Origin: Clostridia bacterium
GTDB lineage: Bacteria; Bacillota; Clostridia; Christensenellales; Pumilibacteraceae
Direction of reading: 5' to 3'
Assembly: GCA_017960845.1 (NCBI GenBank)
Contig: JAGCYK010000033.1
Coordinates: 1-38,989 of the forward strand
DNA length: 38,989 bases
Below, piece after piece: positions 34,665-38,989 of this stretch. Numbering within the stretch: position 1 is the first letter of the stretch; every line of letters starts with the position of its first letter. The notes under the pieces were generated by a model, which worked only from the letters and a program-made list of their open reading frames with translations, ran no database searches and was not told the origin of the DNA. The position numbers were made by a program, and so were the translations under genes.

Positions 34665-34693
34665 TTGCTTATCAATTTTTTATTTGTTATAAT
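34665..34693 (+). promoter_or_regulatory. Promoter of the tRNA Met-Glu-Val cluster (TTGCTT, 17 nt spacer, TATAAT)
   Basis: -35 at 34665-34670 and -10 at 34688-34693. Confidence 0.5.
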
Positions 34694-34732
34694 GACAAGG
34701 CTTTCGGAAAAAAGGAAGATTCTAATTCCTGC

Positions 34733-34809
34733 GGCGGCGTAGCTCAGTTGGCTAGAGTACTCGGTTCATACCCGATTGGTCGGCGGTTCGAATCCACCCG
34801 CCGCTACCA
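34733..34809 (+). tRNA. tRNA with anticodon CAU (elongator Met or Ile2/lysidine type; not an initiator)
   Basis: It has TAGCTCAGTTGGCTAGAGT, the anticodon loop TTCATAC, GGTTCGAATCC and an encoded CCA. The anticodon stem lacks the initiator GGG/CCC. It has a G1-U72 pair and one T-stem mismatch. Confidence 0.8.
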
Positions 34810-34812
34810 CGA

Positions 34813-34887
34813 GTCACCATGGTCTAATGGTTAGGACACTAGCCTTTCACGCTGGCAATACGGGTTCGAATCCCGTTGGTGATACCA
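34813..34887 (+). tRNA. tRNA-Glu (anticodon UUC), CCA encoded
   Basis: GTCACCATGGTCTAATGGTTAGGACACTAGCCTTTCACGCTGG...GGTTCGAATCCCGT...ACCA. Confidence 0.88.
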
Positions 34888-34890
34888 TTT

Positions 34891-34966
34891 GGAAGTTTAG
34901 CTCAGTTGGGAGAGCATCTGCCCTACAAGCAGAGGGTCATAGGTTCGAGCCCTATAACTTCCACCA
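34891..34966 (+). tRNA. tRNA-Val (anticodon UAC) with C at position 33
   Basis: GGAAGTTTAGCTCAGTTGGGAGAGCATCTGC-CCTACAA-GCAGAGGGTCATAGGTTCGAGCCCTATAACTTCCACCA, with a perfect 5-bp anticodon stem. Confidence 0.85.
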
Positions 34967-34972
34967 CAATAG

Positions 34973-35002
34973 AAAAAGACGAGCTCTTTGGTTCGTCTTT
35001 TT
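34973..35002 (+). terminator. Terminator after the tRNA cluster
   Basis: AAGACGAGC-tctttg-GTTCGTCTT followed by TTT. Confidence 0.6.
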
Positions 35003-35016
35003 CTATTTTAAAGAGT

Positions 35017-35058
35017 AAAATAGCGACAAGGTTTTTTAAGCCCTGTCGCTATTTTTTT
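35017..35058. terminator. Bidirectional terminator (serves the minus-strand gene ending at 35077)
   Basis: ATAGCGACAAGG-loop-CCCTGTCGCTAT flanked by AAAA and TTTTTTT. Confidence 0.6.
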
Positions 35059-35076
35059 GCTTTGCCTTTTTTATAT

Positions 35077-36090
35077 TTATGCTGCCTGCTTGCTAGTGAT
35101 TAACGTAAGATATCCGTTCGTTTCACTTCCTTCATCCGCACCTTTAATGCCGCTGTTACCTAGGTTTATATCCCCAGTAACAACATTGCTTGAATTAACG
35201 GCGGCCGTACCTACTCTTCCGAGTTTAGCTATAGAGCCGGTAACTACCCCGCCAATCATCGAGTTCATCGTGGCTGTCTCGTCCGTTGTTCCCTCGTCAA
35301 TTGCATGCGCAAGTGCTTTAATGATTACCTCTGACATCTGTGAGTCTTTGCCGTTAATATTAAATGCTTTTGACGCTGTGCTGAGCACCCCTTCGTTTGT
35401 TGCGGTTAAAGTCATTTGGCTGACAACATACAAGTTGCTTGGAATGATGTTTGAAATAAAGCCCGGAACGTCTTTAAATAGTTCTTCCTTGATTCCAGCA
35501 ATGTTAAAGCTTGCAACAACTTTTAATGTAACGCTATCCTGCTCTACCTCATCAACTGTTATTTTATCGTTATAAAGCGATACTTCGTTTATAACTATTT
35601 TGAATTGGCCGAGCGGTCCAAGATCGCTGTTCTCTCTTTCTTTATCCTGAGTTTCTTTTAGCGCCTGGTTAAAGATGTATCCTAGTGTATGGTCGTCATA
35701 TCTTAAAAGATATTCCTGATCATAGAGTATAGGTCCGCCCTCGGTTGAAAGCAAATCTGCATATGAAATTACTGTTTCCCCATCAACCACAGAGCTGATT
35801 GCTGAGTTACGTAAGTTGTTTTCTGCTTTCGGAGCCTCTGTTTCATCATCGAATCCGTTTGTAACAATGTCTTCTTCTTTTGGTTCTTTGAACACATCCA
35901 TTAGGTCTGTGAATAGAGTCGCAAAGTTTTTGTCCGCTAATCCCAGTTCCTCAAGCGTTCCAAAGCCTAAATCTACTCCGCCAAGCCCGAACGTATTCGG
36001 CGTGCAGGCGAAGGCTAAAATAGCAACAATTCCGACCACAACCGCCAAAGAAACGAGGGAAGAAATTATCATTTTTAATAAGCAGCCCAT
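35077..36090 (-). CDS. Membrane-anchored extracytoplasmic protein, function unknown
   Basis: 337 aa with a single N-terminal helix (IISSLVSLAVVVGIVAILAFAC) followed by an acidic soluble region. I recognise no motif. Confidence 0.5.
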   Translation of the reverse strand: MGCLLKMIISSLVSLAVVVGIVAILAFACTPNTFGLGGVDLGFGTLEELGLADKNFATLFTDLMDVFKEPKEEDIVTNGFDDETEAPKAENNLRNSAISSVVDGETVISYADLLSTEGGPILYDQEYLLRYDDHTLGYIFNQALKETQDKERENSDLGPLGQFKIVINEVSLYNDKITVDEVEQDSVTLKVVASFNIAGIKEELFKDVPGFISNIIPSNLYVVSQMTLTATNEGVLSTASKAFNINGKDSQMSEVIIKALAHAIDEGTTDETATMNSMIGGVVTGSIAKLGRVGTAAVNSSNVVTGDINLGNSGIKGADEGSETNGYLTLITSKQAA

Positions 36091-36188
36091 AATATTCTCT
36101 CCTTTTTTACTATATCTACGCTTTCATTATAATCCTAACAATTATTGTTATTCAATATGATTTTCATTAGCGTTTTCTTAACAAATGA

Positions 36189-36217
36189 TTAAAAGGCGCT
36201 CTTTTAAAGCGCCTTCT
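36189..36217 (-). terminator. Terminator after tpiA
   Basis: AAGGCGCT/AGCGCCTT 8-bp stem with a flanking T-run on the minus strand. Confidence 0.6.
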
Positions 36218-36232
36218 TTAATCCTAAAATAA

Positions 36233-36991
36233 TTATTTGTCGAAATTAACAACCAAAGAAAAGTCTTCTGCTTTTAAGGATGCCCCGCCAATGAGTCCCC
36301 CGTCTATATTTGGCATTGCCATTAACTCTTTGACGTTTTTGGGATTCATTGACCCGCCATATTGAATTCGAACTTTGTTTGCTATCTTGCGAGTATACAT
36401 CTTTGCGATGACACCACGAATAAACTTGATCGTTTCTTCGGCCTGCTCGCTTGTTGCGGTCTTTCCTGTTCCGATTGCCCAAACAGGCTCATACGCAATT
36501 ACTGTGTTTAAGATATCTTCCTCTGAAAGATCTGCTAACCCTAAGGTAACCTGCTTACGAATAACGCTCTTTGTTCTATTCTTTTCGCGCTGCTCAAGCG
36601 TCTCACCCACGCAAACAATCGGCTTAAGACCTTTCGCTACGGCTGTTTTAAGACGAGCGTTTACGGAGCTGTCTGTTTCTCCAAAATACTGTCTTCTTTC
36701 GCTGTGCCCAATAATAACGTACTCTGTTCCAAGCTCAAGTAACATATCTGCGGAAATCTCTCCCGTAAATGCGCCCTTCTCTGCCCAAGCTACGTTTTCT
36801 GCGCCAACCTTAATGTTTGATCCCGCGCAAAGAGAAACAGCTGTTGCTATATCTGTATAGGGAACGCAAATAACGACCTCTGTCTTCTTTGCGTCTTTTA
36901 CAAGCGGTTTAAGTCCTTCTATAAGAACTTTTGCCTGCTCGTTTGTCATGTTCATTTTCCAGTTCCCGGCTATAATGGGTTTTCTTGCCAT
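36233..36991 (-). CDS. tpiA: Triosephosphate isomerase
   Basis: 252 aa with IIAGNWKMN, IIGHSERR, AYEPVWAIGTG and GGASL. Confidence 0.96.
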   Translation of the reverse strand: MARKPIIAGNWKMNMTNEQAKVLIEGLKPLVKDAKKTEVVICVPYTDIATAVSLCAGSNIKVGAENVAWAEKGAFTGEISADMLLELGTEYVIIGHSERRQYFGETDSSVNARLKTAVAKGLKPIVCVGETLEQREKNRTKSVIRKQVTLGLADLSEEDILNTVIAYEPVWAIGTGKTATSEQAEETIKFIRGVIAKMYTRKIANKVRIQYGGSMNPKNVKELMAMPNIDGGLIGGASLKAEDFSLVVNFDK

Positions 36992-37013
36992 ATGTGTTGA
37001 ATCTCCTTTTTGG

Positions 37014-37889
37014 TTATTCTTGTGTGTTTTTTACTATAAATGATGTGCTTGACGGAATCTCAATATTGTTCTTTGCAAAGGCGATTAGTATTTTCTCACT
37101 AAGTGAATTATATACATCCCAGTAATCTGCAATGTCCGTCCAAAGTTTGAGTACTACTTCCACTGAATATTCTTTTAGTGCATTAACATGAATAACTGGT
37201 AGCTTCTCTTTTGTTATTCTCGGCTCGCCGTCCACTATTTCGTTTAAAACCTTCTTTACAAGTTCAATATCAGAATTATATGCAACATTGACTGTATAAA
37301 CTATTCTTCTGAGCTTTTCTTTTGAGAAGTTTGTCAGGTTAGATTTGATGATGTTTCCGTTTGGAACGAAAACCATTTGATTATCAAAGGTATTAAGTTG
37401 CGTTGTCATTATTGAAACTTTTACAACTGTTCCCTCAACCTTTCCGTATGCATTGGATATTTCGACATAGTCCCCGCTTATAAAAAGCTTTTGGTTTAAA
37501 ATCAAAACCCCTGCAGCAAAGGTCGCGATTACATCTTGCAGAGCAAGTCCTAAGGCCACTGTTATTGCTGAAAGAATTCCCGCGAACGATGTTATATCGA
37601 CGCCTAGTACGTTTAAAACCAAGAACGCAACGAATATCCAAAGCAGCGTTTTAACTACAGACACAATAAATGATTTTGCGCTTTTATCTATGTTGTTTGT
37701 TTTGTTTATTCTAAATATTTTTCTCAAAATAAAGCAGATAAACCGAATTAAAAACCACGCTGCTAAAACAATGAATACTGCTAATAATATTCTACCAAGT
37801 AGAGGTGTTGTGCCGTCTTCATTGCTAACGAATTGATTTCCTAAGTTCGTGAAAAAATCTGCAAACCATTGTCCCATTGTTTCTAACAT
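37014..37889 (-). CDS. MscS-family mechanosensitive channel
   Basis: Three TM helices plus the MscS beta-domain (GDYVEISNAYGKVEGTVVKVSIMTTQLNTFDNQMVFVPNGNIIKSNLTNFS). The start is preferred at the third codon (ATG 37889, 8 nt from GGAG). The first ATG at 37895 is only 2 nt from the SD. Confidence 0.8.
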   Translation of the reverse strand: MLETMGQWFADFFTNLGNQFVSNEDGTTPLLGRILLAVFIVLAAWFLIRFICFILRKIFRINKTNNIDKSAKSFIVSVVKTLLWIFVAFLVLNVLGVDITSFAGILSAITVALGLALQDVIATFAAGVLILNQKLFISGDYVEISNAYGKVEGTVVKVSIMTTQLNTFDNQMVFVPNGNIIKSNLTNFSKEKLRRIVYTVNVAYNSDIELVKKVLNEIVDGEPRITKEKLPVIHVNALKEYSVEVVLKLWTDIADYWDVYNSLSEKILIAFAKNNIEIPSSTSFIVKNTQE

Positions 37890-38050
37890 TGGCATTACTC
37901 CTTATTTTCTAAATTATATCATAGGGCAAAATAACTGTCACTTAATTTTATTTCTTGCAGCGCGTTATTTTATAGCGAATATTTGCTTTTTTCTCTATTT
38001 GGTGTAAAATACTAACATGCTAATATAAAACAAATACTAGGAGAACAACT

Positions 38051-38989
38051 ATGGGTGCAGAAAATAAAATTGCTCGTTTTATGCAAGGCTCTCGCGCTTT
38101 AAGATTCTTATTGCCTCTTTCTTTAATTCTTATAGCTTTAGGCGTGATTTTGCTATTTTTCAATGCGGCTACTGCTAATTATGTTGAAACAACAGCGACC
38201 GTGACGGGCGTTGTTGAAATTGATACAACAGATATAACAGAATACGAAACAAGCTTCTCGTTTACGGTTGGCGGGACGAATTACACTGGAAGCTTTTCTA
38301 TAAACGAAAGAAAAAACATTGGGGATACAATAACTGTTTATTACAATCCGGACAATCCTTCAGAAGTTACAAACTCTAAAGATAACCTTCTTTTTGCTAT
38401 CATCAGTCTCGTTCTTGGCGGAGGTCTTCTTGTATTATCTATAGTCATTACCGTTCGTAATTTCAGTAAATATAAAAAGCTGGATAATCAAGTACTTGAT
38501 GACGCTGTTTTGGAAGAATATCGAAATAGACCCTTAAGCGAGGAAGAAGTTGAATATTATTGCTCTCTCTCCGGACCCATGTTAAAACCGGGATATTTAG
38601 TTGAAGATAAAAATAGACGCCTTGTATTTGAGGCAATTAATACAAAAAATGTTCCAGTTGTTCCAAGAGAATTTCAGTTTGTAAATCACTATTCAGGAAA
38701 AACAACTACTCACAAGGTGACTCGCCCAGCTGATGTCGGCGACAATTCTGTTTTCTCTACAACCTCAACTATTAAGTTTGACGGCGTGAATATTTGGGAT
38801 TACCTTCACAAGGCAGGAATCAGAATTAAAACTGATCTTACCAGCATCCTTCCAAAAATACGTTACACAATACTTTTAGCTGGCGAACAAATAGCAAGAG
38901 TTGAAACATCTAGTAAATATGTTCATGAAGAAGATGAAGAAAACAAAACAATTAAAATTCCCGTTGAAAGATATTATTATAGAATTTGG
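38051..38989 (+). CDS. DUF3592-like membrane protein with an extended C-terminal domain, truncated by the window edge
   Basis: Not in the track because it remains open to the window end. AGGAGAA lies upstream of the ATG at 38051. It has a TM helix, then TATVTGVVEI...FSFTVGGTNYTGSF...IGDTITVYYNPDNP (DUF3592 pattern), then a second TM helix and more than 160 aa of unknown domain. Confidence 0.6.
   Translation, partial: MGAENKIARFMQGSRALRFLLPLSLILIALGVILLFFNAATANYVETTATVTGVVEIDTTDITEYETSFSFTVGGTNYTGSFSINERKNIGDTITVYYNPDNPSEVTNSKDNLLFAIISLVLGGGLLVLSIVITVRNFSKYKKLDNQVLDDAVLEEYRNRPLSEEEVEYYCSLSGPMLKPGYLVEDKNRRLVFEAINTKNVPVVPREFQFVNHYSGKTTTHKVTRPADVGDNSVFSTTSTIKFDGVNIWDYLHKAGIRIKTDLTSILPKIRYTILLAGEQIARVETSSKYVHEEDEENKTIKIPVERYYYRIW

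Noticed and set aside
34517-35103. Track ORFs 34517..34834, 34776..35018 and 34876..35103 on the plus strand
   Set aside because: They read straight through the tRNA-Met, tRNA-Glu and tRNA-Val genes and their terminators, so the tRNA cloverleaves explain the sequence.
35057-35575. 172-aa plus-strand ORF overlapping the 3' end of 35077..36090
   Set aside because: It is antisense to a longer ORF that has a proper N-terminal membrane anchor. It begins within the terminator region, at its T-tract edge, has no RBS and has a low-complexity Ser/Leu/Pro/Thr composition.

Overview
This 39 kb window looks like chromosomal DNA from a low-GC Bacillota (Firmicutes/Clostridia-like) organism; the taxon is inferred from gene content and signal style only. 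Most of it is housekeeping. It carries folA (cut by the left edge)-thyA-mrnC, the str operon rpsL-rpsG-fusA-tuf, a uracil salvage pair (NCS2 permease-upp) behind a terminator-containing leader, and a COG0523 metallochaperone with Asp/His tracts. It also carries a tight five-gene operon (Na/Pi cotransporter, Cys-motif permease, OmpR-type regulator, histidine kinase, DEDDh exonuclease), a lipoprotein-anchored HEFGH peptidase and an ABC-F ATPase. The rest is four tRNAs (Ser-UGA, Met/Ile2-CAU, Glu-UUC, Val-UAC), tpiA, an MscS channel and a DUF3592-like gene cut by the right edge. I saw no CRISPR array, IS element, integrase or phage genes. The stand-out region is 7596-17154 on the minus strand, immediately upstream of the rpsL promoter. 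It holds a fused MacB-type ABC ATPase/FtsX permease followed by three genes. Each product starts with one hydrophobic helix followed by a shared (T/G)x(A/G)(W/Y)(F/Y)SS motif resembling the SipW-cognate (TasA/camelysin) signal class. One of these is a giant adhesin-like protein of about 1621 codons, with GLUG-like beta-helix motifs and about 15-20 degenerate YL...W lectin-like modules. That reading frame is interrupted by a single in-frame TAA at 11070-11072. No SipW-type peptidase, sortase or LPXTG anchor is visible in the window. I propose this as an uncharacterised TasA-like fibre/adhesin module, untested. Secondary curiosities are a self-contained overlapping pair (unknown 244 aa protein plus a divergent ProB-like amino-acid kinase with no proA), a strand-specific terminator hairpin ahead of a J-domain gene, and a tRNA-Val with C at position 33. 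All functional calls come from reading the translations for motifs. No database search was run.
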